From Balanoglossus misakiensis (taxonomy: Eukaryota; Animalia; Hemichordata), in contig CM082589.2 of the NCBI GenBank assembly GCA_040954595.2, positions 7,003,186 to 7,067,185 of the forward strand: a stretch of DNA of 64,000 nt, in the 5' to 3' direction. The translations under genes were made by a program, and so were the position numbers. Within the stretch, counting starts at the first letter, position 1, and each line of letters starts with the position of its first letter. This document shows, piece after piece, positions 28,801-39,503 of the stretch. The notes under the pieces are model-generated. The model was given only the letters and a program-made list of their open reading frames with translations. It was not told where the DNA came from and made no database searches.

Positions 28801-28900
28801 GTGTTACACCTCGCAGAACGATCGTGACAAAGTAGCCAATCAGATAGAAGAACACATGAAGCATATATCCTCCCCGCAGTCGTCGATTGGACTGTCATAG
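7837..28900 (+). CDS. NRBP1: Nuclear receptor-binding protein (NRBP/Madm pseudokinase), 13 coding exons, 505 aa
   Basis: Exons: 7837-7950, 17593-17715, 18726-18827, 20246-20376, 22134-22228, 25799-25882, 26340-26500, 26805-26937, 27045-27159, 27398-27448, 27854-28055, 28427-28549, 28817-28900. All GT-AG, phases compatible, total 1518 nt. Motifs: ESEDESEVLEESPCGRWQKRREE, LAMDTEEGVEVVWNEVQFSERR, VIFITEYMSSGSLKQFL, PPIIHGNLTCDTIFIQHNGLIKIGSVAPD, LEKFLEDVKNGIYPLTAF, DDKMNRHLTCD. Confidence 0.96.
13701..13949. mobile_element. MITE family A (TA-flanked, Tc1/mariner-type), with duplicated terminus
   Basis: TA|ctgtaaaacacttt...aaagtgtttttcag|TA; internal sequence shared with the 16262 copy in opposite orientation; right end duplicated. 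Confidence 0.85.
15179..15373. mobile_element. MITE family A, degenerate copy
   Basis: ctgtaaaacactttattttcgcgag start, same internal sequence, eroded right TIR. Confidence 0.8.
15418..15488. mobile_element. Tiny piggyBac-like relic
   Basis: TTAA|ccctttc...gaaaggg|TTAA; only a short TIR is visible. Confidence 0.45.
16262..16469. mobile_element. MITE family A, intact copy
   Basis: Perfect 25-bp TIR ctgtaaaacactttattttcgcgag with TA on both sides. Confidence 0.92.
17420..17492 (+). repeat. Degenerate local duplicate of NRBP exon 2 acceptor and first ~45 nt
   Basis: tttcctttgaaacag|ataatgcagcgagatgttaccagtatcagtgtggcctatctggc versus the true tttcctttgaaacag|gtaacgcagcgagatgttcccggtatcgatgtggcctatctggc. 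Confidence 0.85.
17770..17979. mobile_element. MITE family A, divergent subfamily
   Basis: TA|ctgtaaaacgg...ccgttttacag|TA; internal sequence aligns with the 16262 copy. Confidence 0.85.
19521..19570. repeat. (TACTG)n microsatellite
   Basis: About 10 units read directly. Confidence 0.95.
25029..25375. mobile_element. MITE family B: near-fully palindromic, TTAA-flanked (Kolobok-like)
   Basis: TTAA|agggacaaagtc...gactttgtcctt|TTAA; the two arms are complementary over most of the length. Confidence 0.85.
26551..26675 (+). repeat. Left arm of 125-bp inverted repeat (NRBP intron 7)
   Basis: Reverse complement of 28600-28724 with 4 differences. Confidence 0.93.
27567..27800. repeat. 59-bp minisatellite, about 4 copies (NRBP intron 10)
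   Basis: Unit aaatctgccatcttgattttcatcactgacctaagcatcaaaatcctatttaaggacag. Confidence 0.92.
28085..28268. mobile_element. MITE family C (Kolobok-like)
   Basis: TIR aggtatacggtcacct / aggtgactgtatacct; inverted homologue at 62945-63129. Confidence 0.85.
28600..28724 (-). repeat. Right arm of 125-bp inverted repeat (NRBP intron 12)
   Basis: Reverse complement of 26551-26675. Confidence 0.93.
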
Positions 28901-29452
28901 CAACAAGTCACCTTGGAAACGGAAACCTGCCCTGCCCGACTGCGAGCTGCAATGCCTGGTGCAGAGTGCAACAGCAAAACGAAACAAATATGACTGTATC
29001 TGTGTCGTCTTGTATTATCCCGGATACTCAGTGGTGCTTTCTTCTGCACAGTGTTTAAACTGTGTCAGTTTAAAAAAAAATTATATAACTAACTGCCGTC
29101 ACAGTATTTGTGCTTGAACTGTAATTCCAAATGGCTGCTATTGAGAATCGTTACCGATAGGATCTCCGTGGCACTTGCTGTGTTCCGAGAAAACGTCGTC
29201 GATATTTAAGCACTTGCCATGTTCAGAGAAAATAAAATGTTGTCTTTGACCAGAGATGTTGGTACAGTAAACTAACGTAACTTGTTATTATTTTTTTAAC
29301 AGTTTTTGCCCAATAGATGTAGTTTTTGTCGATGGAGAAACGTCTGCCTTGGTTTGACAATCTCAAACCCTCTGCTTGTTTGTTTTCTCAATTCATGGGT
29401 GTGTCTAGTGGACACAATGCGGTCGATCAAAGCATGTTAGCGCAGGGTTTAA

Positions 29453-29800
29453 AGGGACAAAGTCTCTCTCTTCCTACCCTTTTTACATTAATTATGTTTG
29501 ATACGAGATACCATTTAAGCTAATGTACATGTGGATATGTAGTGAATCAACGTTCAACCACACACACCTGCCATCCAGCTTGTAGACACAAGAGTGAAAA
29601 AACTCGCCAAAATGAATAATCAGTCTCTACCATTTATTCATTTGGGGCGAGTTTTTACTCTCATATCCTACAAACGGAATGGAAGTTGTGTGTGGTTCAA
29701 CGTTGATTCACTATATATCCACATTTACATTAACATAAACGGTGTCTTGTATCAAACATAATTAATGGAAAAGAGGCAGTAAGAGAGAGACTTTGTCCCT
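29453..29800. mobile_element. MITE family B, second copy downstream of the NRBP stop
   Basis: TTAA|agggacaaagtctctctctt...aagagagagactttgtccct|TTAA; homologous to 25029-25375. Confidence 0.87.
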
Positions 29801-30395
29801 TTAAGATACCAGACAGTGAGATTGTTTTTGAAAGAATTCTATTTTTTTTTTTTTGAAAATTACACTGAACCAGCCAGTGCAAGGATTTAAATTTTGTAAG
29901 CAGACGTTTATATCTGTATATATTTTACATTCATACTAACACAAGGGCATCCTAACTATTAAAAATGTGTAACAATATAAAAATGTAATATTGTAGTATA
30001 CTTCCAGTGCAAATTGTAGAAAACTAACGATGATATTTAGAGTAGAGAAAGAGTCTATTATTGTATTTGGCATTAACACGAACCATCATTTTGTTAGAGT
30101 AAGAATGTTTGGGAAGAAGGGGGGGGGGGGTTCTCGTGAAGGTGCTTAGCAGTGATGTTTCTATTAGTTGAATTCTACCATCTGGAAATACCAATTAATG
30201 GAATAATCCAGTTACTTTATTCTGATGAGGTGGACCATACCACTGATAATGTAGGGGTGAACAAGGAGAAAATCTTGCACCCTCAAGTGCCAGCTTGTGA
30301 CCTTATATGCATCGTCTATACCTGCTTGACTACCACAGCACTCTACTGAAACAATTGCCCACCCTTGTGTTGTGTATGCAGTGCCTAAGAATATA

Positions 30396-30608
30396 CTGTT
30401 AAACACTTTATTTTCGTGAGTTGAAATTTTCGCGATATCGAGAGAGGCCACTGTTTCGCGAGCATTAAGTTTCACGTTCTCATATTTCATTCACTTCATC
30501 GTTATCTTCAAAAAATATTTAGTACGCAACTTTTTATTTTCACGCTATTTTGGCTCTCGCGTATTTCGCGAAAATTTATTGCTCGCGAAAATAAAGTATT
30601 TGGCACAG
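30396..30608. mobile_element. MITE family A copy
   Basis: ctgttaaacactttattttcgtgag...ctcgcgaaaataaagtatttggcacag. Confidence 0.82.
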
Positions 30609-32583
30609 TGTGCGTGTGTGTGTTTACATGTACCGGTATATGTGTATTATATGTATGTTTAGTTGGTCCAGGACACTGAATTTTTTCCATCAAAATACAC
30701 ACGCACTCCGTGTACCACGATCTGTTGCTACCCGTCTTGGCCAGGGCATCATGGGTAAAGTGCTACCAAATGCCAGACTGAGGTAGAACAATGCAAATCT
30801 GCTCTAGAGGTTTACTAGTGTGTGTGATTTATTGAAAATGAGGGAAAGGCTATTTTGAAGCACTGTAAATGCTGCTCAGTATAACTGAATTGCTTCCAGG
30901 TTTCATGTAAGTCTTGTTTTCTGCATTTTTTGTGTTCTTTTTGAAGGCTATACATATGTATAGATGCGTTATTGTAGATGTTGTGAAAAGTTTTGAATGC
31001 TGTTTCCAATTAATACCAACAAGATCTCAATCAGGAAACTTCAATCCTACACAGAAATACTTCACATGTGATTTCACCATTTGCCCTTTCATTGTCTGTG
31101 AATGTATCCAAAAATAGTTATTGTAGAAAGTTGAGTTGTACAGAAGCATATTGTTGCAAATTAATATCTTTGACTTTGTAATATATGTGATGTTGGTCAC
31201 ACAAGTATGGGCCATGTAAAGAATGGTGAATCAAAATCTGCCCGTTGCCAAGTGAATGAGTTGTAAACCAATGCTTACAGTAGGCCCCATTTGTTGCTAG
31301 TTGAGTGCCTTCAGTTGTATTTAATTTTACATAACTGCCTGAAGCCGAAACAAATTGATGGGTGGCCAGCTTCTTATTGTGTTTTGAATTGTTTTTTCTT
31401 CAGAATTTGGGGTTCATTTTTGCAAGCCAGCAGTTTTCGTTTGGGAACAAAATATGTTTCAGAAGAATTTTTCCGGTCAAGTTCACATATACTGAAGATG
31501 TTGATCTGTTTATCGTATGTAGGTTCGCCCATACCACTGAAAATGGCTTAAACCAAAATGTGGGGGAGGGGTGATAAGTTTAGAGAGATCTTTTAAGACA
31601 ACTCGCATTCAAATTATTCACTGTTTTCCTGAACAAACGTTTATTTTTTACTTGTCCAATATACAGTTGTAAATATCTGAACGTATTCACATGAATTAAC
31701 CTCGATCAAAATTGGCTGTAAACAAACAGGTTGTTCCAAAATTTCGTATTGATATGAGCTCAAACTACTTCAAATTCAGACTTTCACATTTAGTCTACAA
31801 ATTTTTGGGGGCGGGAAAAATTTGTGAAAAGTTCGACAGTTACCGACTTCCTGTTGTGTTAAGCATGGCTTGCCAGTTGTACAGTTAATAATGCAGAGTC
31901 TAACATGTTCACACCCTTTCCGTTCTGTGTAAATCTGATGTATTCCTTGTCGTGTGAGACTCTGAACAGTTTAATTTGAAATCATTCCACATTCTCAGTC
32001 TGAAATGAATTGTCAACGATGAAAATGCAATGTAGTTGTCCATTTGAATTGGTGCTAGTAATATTTGATTGTTGAATTTCTGATCAATTTGCCGGATTTT
32101 TTTGGCAGCTGCAGTATGCCTGGTAGGGACTGCAGATTTGCAAGTGTCTTGTTGGCCTCTTCATTAGAAGAGATTGAATATTTTGACAGATTGATTTTTT
32201 TATGTGCTGTCATTTTAGATAAAATGTACCTGAGGGCTTGTCTAATCATTTTACAGGTTTATTTAGGTATGCATTAAAATGGCGTAATGAGCATAATTCT
32301 GACTGCCATTTTTAAGTCGTTTCACAGAGCAATTAATGTTTTTTTCCCGTATGAACAAATGTTAAAATCCACTATGAAGTTTTAAACAAAATACAATTAA
32401 AAAGGGGTATACAGAGATTTTGTTTGTTTTTACTAAGAGAGTGCAGTTGACTTCTGTGTGATAGATCCCCTGCTATTTCTTGTCCCTCCCCCTCTCCCTC
32501 TCTTGGCCCCTTCCTGGTGCCCTCCGATCCCCTTCTCAACAACTCACACGCTGCATTGGTGAAATAAAAAGCCATATTTAATG

Positions 32584-32734
32584 TAGACTCTCTCACAGCC
32601 CACGGTTCGCTACAACAAGCTCTTCACTGACGCGCCCTCAACCGTTTGGCAAGGGAGAAGCACCGTTTGGTGTTGTGTAGCGCAATCAGACGATAAGCCT
32701 GCATGGCCGGCGAGAGGGGTTGTGAGAGAGTCTA
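32584..32734. mobile_element. TAG...CTA MITE with 9-bp target duplication
   Basis: 18-bp TIR tagactctctcacagccc (1 mismatch); flanks tatttaatg / tgtttaatg. Confidence 0.75.
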
Positions 32735-34208
32735 TGTTTAATGGCGCCTGGGGACCCATATTAAACCGCTGGGAAAAACTGATTCCCGTTTCTGTCTTCA
32801 TTTGACTGATCCAGTAGCGGGTCCAACTCATGCCAGTGGACAAGTGGAAGTTGAAATCTATAAAGCGCCGCCTAGTGGTGACTTTATGTTGGCCTGTATC
32901 GATGCTTTATTTCCATACATTTTATCATCCATTGTTTATAATGTGTAGTGTATGAGCAGAGAAGCCTCAGTGTTCCGGTTAGAACCGTATCGGTAAGACA
33001 AAGACAGAAGAGTTGACAGACAACAAATTTATTCAGTTTATATCATAAATTCTTACTAAAACGTTCCCTGAATAAATCCCTGTGGTTCAACCAATGAGAG
33101 CGCTGAAGTGGCGTTCGATTTGAGGGAAGGTAACTGATTCGTCAATGGCGTTCCACTGGAAGTATCACCATAGTTACCTACTTACTTCACAATTTCATTT
33201 TTATAGATCGATTGCCAAAAATTGAGATAATCAGAATTATTTTACACGTAATCATAATTTACGCGTACAAGTGTACAGATTGGTACCAAGTTCGTTCTCT
33301 GTGATATTTTCGGCTCGCTTGACGTTTTTAACCGTCTATTCGGATCGATGTACTGGCCGCGGGGCTATGCGCATACGTCGACGGGGCGTAGCTGCATGAT
33401 GGCCGCCGAGCGTGAAATTCAATATGTCCCCTAACGTGACAAAAGTAAGAAAATAAAATTGACATTTTCAATGATAAGAAGTAAAAAAAAAATAGTTTGA
33501 TAATTCAGTAATCTTAATGTTAAATTGCGCAACTTTATTCAATTTCCCATAATCTACTCCCCTGTCTTACAAGGATTTAAACTCGCCGGTTGATCTCTTA
33601 TAAAAAAATATATACCTGGTTTCAAGTAAATTTTAAATAAAAAAAGTCAATGTTTTTGTAATTAAACTTAAGTTACGCCTTTTTTATTAAAAAAAATTTA
33701 GTAACGTTTAAATGTTGTCCAATTTGGTATGACGGTTAAAAATACCGTATTCATCAATTAAATTAAGCACCCAAGCAAGTATTTTTTTCTTTACTGATAT
33801 AGACTTGCATATCACCTGCTAATGAGAAAAAACATGTTTTTATTGATGAGGATACTGTTGAAGTGCAATATTAGTTAGTTTATAGTGTCAATAGTAATAC
33901 ATAGCGCAGAAAGTATACGTATTGTATGCAGTTGAAATTCGCAAACTGTTTTCAGTTGTTTTTTCAAGAAAAAAATACTTGGTCAGATTACCAGGTCGAT
34001 CAGCTAATTGACAAGTATAATATATGGATGCTGTTGCCATAATAACCACCAAATATTTATGCATTGATCGGATAAAGATCGAATTGTTGATCGGCTACTT
34101 AGGCGGCTGCACATGCGCAGCCGCTGTTTTATACGCGCAACTATAGTTGCCAGTCAATCGCCCCGTGTAACGTAACTGTTCGATGTAGCGTCACACAGGC
34201 AAGGGATA

Positions 34209-35322
34209 ATGGAAAAATAAAAAAATAAAAACAATTATATGGAAGTGATTGATAACCGAAAGAAAACTGGCGCCGAAAGGAAAACGTGTCGACATTTCAA
34301 TGAGTTTGATAAGTTCGATGAGGAGACAAGCGTCGGGTTTCATAAAAAAGTTTTATTGTTAAAAACTTGTTTTACCAACGTTTCGATCCTTCACTGAGGA
34401 TCTTCTTCAGGGATCTAAAAATAGCAAAATGCAAGTGGAAAATAAAAATGAGCTGTACGGTCAAAAATCTCATTGAGTACTGTATTAATAAAGTCGGAAA
34501 CGGAGACAAAATAAAAACAGTCGGAACTGCAGTGGGACATGCGGACTAAAAATGAGACTTGAGTAAAATAGATGATGAGCGAACAACATCTTGTAAAACG
34601 GAATGATAAAAATAAATATAAAGAGACAAGACAAGAGAAACTTACTCAGCAGTGATGGTCAGAATGTGGTCTGAATAAAGACAAAGAGGACTCCCTAGTA
34701 TGGGAGGAAAAACCAAACGGACTGCCTAGCAGTAAACAAAGACTACAGGTGGTGAGAAAAATATGAATGAAAGAAAAAAGTTCTACCAGTCCTTTTTGTT
34801 GATACCAGTGGGTGAAAGGGTGCCAAGTGAATTAATAATTTTCAGTTCCAGTTGCTTTCTTATTTTGTCATGTCTCGAATATACCTTGCACAGACCAGTG
34901 AATTGGAAATGGTCAATGTTTGATCATTTATATAGGATGAAGGAATCGACACAGCCCATGCACATGTACGATAGATTCGCTTGACTTGACGACCGACAAA
35001 AGTAAAAATAACACAGACACAGTGATAGGAACAACAACAGAAATGACGACTAAAGAAACTACAGAGATATAACACCAAGCACGTCTGACACACATGCAAC
35101 ACCACGTGCATATCTGACATAAATGCAACACCACGTACACACAGAAAAAGAAACAAAATATCCGACAGAGTGTCCCCACAAGATAAATTGATGGCTGCAA
35201 TTTCACAAATGGAAAAGAAAAATGATGATTTGTTTGGTTTGATGGAAAAACAACATACAGAGAAAATGAGAAGAATGGATAGAATATTGGATTTGTACGA
35301 ACAGTCTATCAATAAGAACTAA
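34209..35322 (+). pseudogene. Harbinger-type Myb/SANT-like (trihelix) accessory gene, disrupted
   Basis: 5' piece reads NNYMEVIDNRKKTGAERKTCRHFNEFDKF. It resumes near 34938 (MKESTQPMHMYD), then a T-rich linker with stops/frameshifts and a coiled-coil tail QDKLMAAISQMEKKNDDLFGLMEKQHTEKMRRMDRILDLYEQSINKN*. Convergent with the transposase. Confidence 0.65.
34372..34413 (-). ncRNA. Minimal hammerhead-ribozyme-like motif within a probable Penelope-like insertion (~34318-34935)
   Basis: Minus strand: cc CUGAAGA a gauccu cagtga aggauc GAAAC GUU gg. Core boxes present, 6-bp stem II, palindromic AACGUU stem III. Confidence 0.55.
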
Positions 35323-35939
35323 AAATTATCATATAATAAATTTGACAAAATTCAGAAATGTTTTATCTAAATGAAATATTTCATAAAGTTTATTGTTACT
35401 AAACGTTTTCATTGATACTGTTATAGTTATAGAAGTATCTGAATTTCTGGACAATTGTTAAAATTTTATTGGAGTGTTATATGTTCATACTACATGTTCG
35501 TGATGATTTTTTTTATTTGACAAACTCAATTTTTAATCAGAATTATTCCATGTACACATGATAACCTTAAAAATATTTTGAAAATCTCAAACAATTTATT
35601 AGCATTGCTGTTTGCATTTATGTATGTATGGTATGTATGTATTATATGTATGAAGACGTTGAACTTTAAAAACAAATGTAAAAATTCAAAAGTCATAACC
35701 AATGTTTATAGTTAAGAATATATGATACTTTTCATTTATTAAGTAATTATTACGCCATAACTTATGAAAAACAAATGTAAAAATTCAAAAGTCATTACCA
35801 ATGTTTATAGTTAATAATATGAGGTTATTACACGAATTTTGGTCGATAACGCGTCGTATTCGAGTGATGTCCGTATTTTGACGAGTTGCGAAGCAACGAG
35901 TTGCAAAGCAACGAGTCAAAATACGAACATCACGAGAAT

Positions 35940-36378
35940 TAGTCTCGGTTACCCAGACGCCTTTGCTTCTTCCGATGCTCTCCAGAAAAGGGTCTGGGGA
36001 AATGCTATTGAAAGCTTTGTAAAACAAAATGGCCGATGTCAGGATTTTGATCATCGCCTGATTGGCTGAGCTGTCAGTATGACCCGGGTCACTGACTCTC
36101 GACAATCTTCATATCAAGAGACCGGTACTTGTTGGTTGATGCGAAAGGCAAAAGGCGTCCTCTGTTAGCATTGTTGGAGAAATTATATGAAATATCTTTG
36201 GTAGACGATTGTCGAAACTATTGCAGTGACTCGGGTCATACTGACAGCTCAGCCAATCAGGCGATGATCAAAATCCTGACATCGGCCATTTTGTTTTACA
36301 AAGCTTTCAATAGCATTTCCCCAGACCCCTTTCTGGAGAGCATCGGAAGAAGCAAAGGCGTCTGGGTAACCGAGACTA
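35940..36378. mobile_element. Foldback MITE with ~155-bp TIRs and perfect 9-bp TSD CACGAGAAT (MULE- or AcademH-type)
   Basis: tagtctcggttacccagacg...cgtctgggtaaccgagacta; cacgagaat at 35931-35939 and 36379-36387. Confidence 0.92.
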
Positions 36379-36458
36379 CACGAGAATGCGTCAAGAAAAC
36401 GGTTTCATTTTCATGTGTGAAAGGCAATCCATTAAGATACCTAATGATGTTGACACTC

Positions 36459-38061
36459 TTAATGATTCATGAGTTGATGTCTTCTGGCAATAACCCCAGG
36501 TGCATTCACATGAACATTTGGGTATTGGTTGGGATCATCAATATGCTGTGGATCTAAATCAATATAGTTTTCCACATCATCATGATGGATAATACAGAGA
36601 TTGTGGAGAATACAACCAGAAATAATAGTCTCACACACATCTTCAGGACTATGCATAGGCAATTCTCTGAGCCTCCTAACACGACCAATTGATCGTTCAA
36701 CATTTTGACGGCAGGATGAAAAGACACGATTGAGCCTGCGCTGCTGAATGGTTAAAAAAATCCATTGTCTCTGAAGGGAGTACATGTAATAAGCCATTCC
36801 TATGGCGCGTAATCGTGTCAGCTCAAAGCGAATGCGGTGCACGTTCTCCGATTCAAAAGTGTCGACCTTCAAAGTTTATGCGGCGGAGTCCAATTCAAAT
36901 GCGTGTCAGCTCAAAACGAATGCTGTGTTGTCCGATTCAAAAGTGTCGACCTTTTAAGCTTATGCGGGGGAGTCCGATTCAAATGCGTGTCAGCTCAAAG
37001 CGAATGCGGTGTTGTCCGATTCAAAAGTGTCGACCTTCAAAGCTTATGCGGGGGAGTCCGATTCAAATGCGTGTCAGCTCAAAGCGAATGCGGTGTTGTC
37101 CGATTCAAAAGTGTCGACCTTCAAATCAAATGTGGTGCCTCAAAACGAATGCGTTTCACTCAAAAAGTGAGGTGTTAATTTTGGCCTCGATTACGCGCCA
37201 TAAATGCCCACTATACCTGGTAAACCACAATCAAGCTGAAAACTCTGTGAAATCTCCATCTGCCGCTCTTGTGCTGGCCACCTGATAACCTACAAATATT
37301 GATAATTCATTTGTCAACAATAATTTTTACACATAGCTGCAATTATGGCAAACATAAAATTGGACATTTCAGCTTGCTATACAGAGTGCAGTAGAAAAAA
37401 AATTGACACAGAGAACCATAATACTAAAAGAAAATGCTAAATGATAATTTTTAATTGTCCCCTTTATGTTCTTTGATAGCAATAATTAAACAGAGCTTGA
37501 AATTATGCATTACCAACTGTATTTTATTGAAATGTTAAAATATCTTTGTATATTCAAAAATAATCCATGAAGATAATCTAGAAAATGTACTTTACAATGT
37601 ACTTACATCTTTCATCACAGCAACGATAGTTTTTGTAACACGCTTTACTGATGAATGGACTGTCGATTTGGAGAGATTGAAAATGTGACCAACTTCTCTG
37701 ATGGATTCCTGGTTTACCATGTACCAAATCCATACCAATAATTGTTTTCTGGAGACACTTGAGGGCGGCCACCGCATTGTTCTGTTGTCAGTTTGTGGGC
37801 GATGCGACCCAGAACAAACGTGAAGATATCTTTGCAAATACGAAAATGGATGCAAAAATCTTGCAAAGAATACTGTGGTACGATATCTTCGGCAAATTTT
37901 TTTTATCTTCGGAACGTATTTTCGGCGCAAAAATAAACAGCTCAGAGAGGCAATGATGGCAGTATTTATCTGAAGTTGCAAAACCGCCGCAGAATCCAAA
38001 GATTCATCAAAATCCTCCAAAAAGTACGCAAAAACAAGAAATCTTCAAACTCAGACGCCAT
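36459..38061 (-). pseudogene. PIF/Harbinger (HARBI1-like, DDE_Tnp_4) transposase, frameshifted and core-deleted
   Basis: Exon 1 38061-37607: VPKIK/FAEDIVPQYSLQDFCIHFRICKDIF...QLLVWIWYMVNQESIREVGHIFNLSKSTVHSSVKRV, with a polyA frameshift. GT-AG intron 37606-37290. Exon 2 reads VIRWPAQERQMEISQSFQLDCGLPGIVG. C-terminus: PFRDNG/LTIQQRRLNRVFSSCRQNVERSIG...IISGCILHNLC. Confidence 0.88.
36801..37202. mobile_element. Short-TIR element carrying an 84-bp tandem array (~4 units)
   Basis: tatggcgcgtaatcg...cgattacgcgccata; units start at 36815, 36903, 36987 and 37071. Confidence 0.85.
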
Positions 38062-38258
38062 ATTTGTTTACATGGGTTGCTAGGTCTATACTTGTATCGT
38101 TCGTTTGAACTTCCAGCTCCCGGGTTACGCATGACTGGGATTACGTCAGCGCCAGCTACACTCGGGTAACTCGACTTAAGATAGACTGACCTTGTTTTTT
38201 TTTGGCAGCCATTTTTGTCCGCTACCTGTATAGGTGGTGACAGAGAGAAAGTGCTACG
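38062..38258. promoter_or_regulatory. Divergent transposase/sulfotransferase spacer with CRE-like and YY1-like motifs, repeated upstream of other copies
   Basis: TTACGTCA at 38141. Perfect TGACGTCA in homologous spacers at 41453, 49486, 50077, 53647, 58321 and 58909. GCCATTTT is also present. Function is inferred. Confidence 0.5.
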
Positions 38259-39503
38259 ATGAAAAGACAACATAAATATATCGCTCTCGTTGGTGTGGTT
38301 ACAGCGATTTTCGTGGTCACCGCCAAATTCAACATTTTTCAAGATTTACACGATGTGTTTAAACACAGCTCTAAGTCAGAAGGGACGGTTGGCGCGGACG
38401 ATCTCTTCGCAATGAAGAACAAAGAAGGCGCCACGCGAAAGAAGAATGTTTCAGATGTACAAAATATGGACGAAGGCAAAGGTAACGAATCAAGAATGGA
38501 GGCTCACCTACTACCGAAGCATTTAGAGAACGCTTATGGCGGCGTCCGCGCCGAAAATGTTACTTGTGAGATAAATAAGACAACGACCTGTGAAACGGTC
38601 TACGTACGACTTCACGGATGCCTGGCGGGAAAGCTCCTCGGCCGAGAACCGCTGCCGAATTTCTATCTGCTTGATGAGATAGACAAGGCGACCACGCAGC
38701 GCATTTATCGTCAATCCAGCGTCGGGTTCGTGCACGTGCCGAAAGCAGGGGGTACGTCCGTGGAAGCGCTTTTGAAACGAATTGCCAAACGTTATCGGTG
38801 GAATCGTATGCACATTATGCACTGTGCCGAGTTTTTCAACGCAGCAACCAAATTCCACGACTGGAATAAAAGGGTGCTTTTAACTTCGAAACGTACGTTT
38901 GGACTCCATAACTTCATGAATCCCTCTGTTCCTTTCTTCTACCTGACGTGGTTTAGACACCCCATCTCTCGTAGTATATCTGCCTATTTTTACGTCAAGA
39001 AAATGCGTCGAAAATCTCACAGCCTTTATCCAAAATACATATTTGACTCGAAAAATCTCACTGACTGTCTAGAAAAGTCGAAAGGCATCCAATTCCAAGA
39101 GTTTGACAACTACGCGGTGCGTTTGATGCAGTTTGGGGACTACCCGGTCATCGACACGACATTCGAAGACTGTTGCGGAGCCTACAAGGATGGTGTCACT
39201 CAAATAGCGGAAGTGACCGAGGAACACTACCTGGTTGCTAAGCAGAATCTGGAAACCAAGATGGCGTTCGTCGGTCTCTTGGAAGATTTCAAGACATCAC
39301 AGGACATGTTGTGCTTCATTTTAAAAACCCCTTGCCCGAAAGAAGACGTGCACGTGAACTCCAATAAACACCAACATGAACTGACCGACTTTGAGAGGAC
39401 GGAACTTGAGCGAAGAAACCACTGGGACATCAAATTGTACGAAGATGCAAAACGGATTTATGAAAAACAGAAAGCAAAATATTTGGAACTTATCCGTCAA
39501 TGA
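38259..39503 (+). CDS. Type II Golgi sulfotransferase (Sulfotransfer_2 / HS6ST-like), copy 1, catalytic type A
   Basis: 414 aa single-exon ORF. Basic N-tail plus signal anchor; 5'-PSB FVHVPKAGGTS; 3'-PB FRHPISRSISAYFY; AKQNL..MAFVGLLE and N.WDIKLYEDAK C-terminal motifs. Confidence 0.9.
   Translation: MKRQHKYIALVGVVTAIFVVTAKFNIFQDLHDVFKHSSKSEGTVGADDLFAMKNKEGATRKKNVSDVQNMDEGKGNESRMEAHLLPKHLENAYGGVRAENVTCEINKTTTCETVYVRLHGCLAGKLLGREPLPNFYLLDEIDKATTQRIYRQSSVGFVHVPKAGGTSVEALLKRIAKRYRWNRMHIMHCAEFFNAATKFHDWNKRVLLTSKRTFGLHNFMNPSVPFFYLTWFRHPISRSISAYFYVKKMRRKSHSLYPKYIFDSKNLTDCLEKSKGIQFQEFDNYAVRLMQFGDYPVIDTTFEDCCGAYKDGVTQIAEVTEEHYLVAKQNLETKMAFVGLLEDFKTSQDMLCFILKTPCPKEDVHVNSNKHQHELTDFERTELERRNHWDIKLYEDAKRIYEKQKAKYLELIRQ

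Noticed and set aside
35785-36557. Two ORFs sharing an identical peptide on opposite strands
   Set aside because: Consequence of the foldback element's TIRs.
36815-37285. 156-aa and 113-aa repetitive ORFs; possible CRISPR-like array
   Set aside because: Products of an 84-bp tandem repeat with no unique spacers; eukaryotic context and no cas genes.
36459-38061. Domesticated HARBI1-type host gene
   Set aside because: Frameshifts and loss of the catalytic core indicate a dead element.
38523-39433. Recurrent minus-strand ORFs (MEFGCC..., MMSQWF...)
   Set aside because: Antisense to sulfotransferase copies; they recur only because of duplication.
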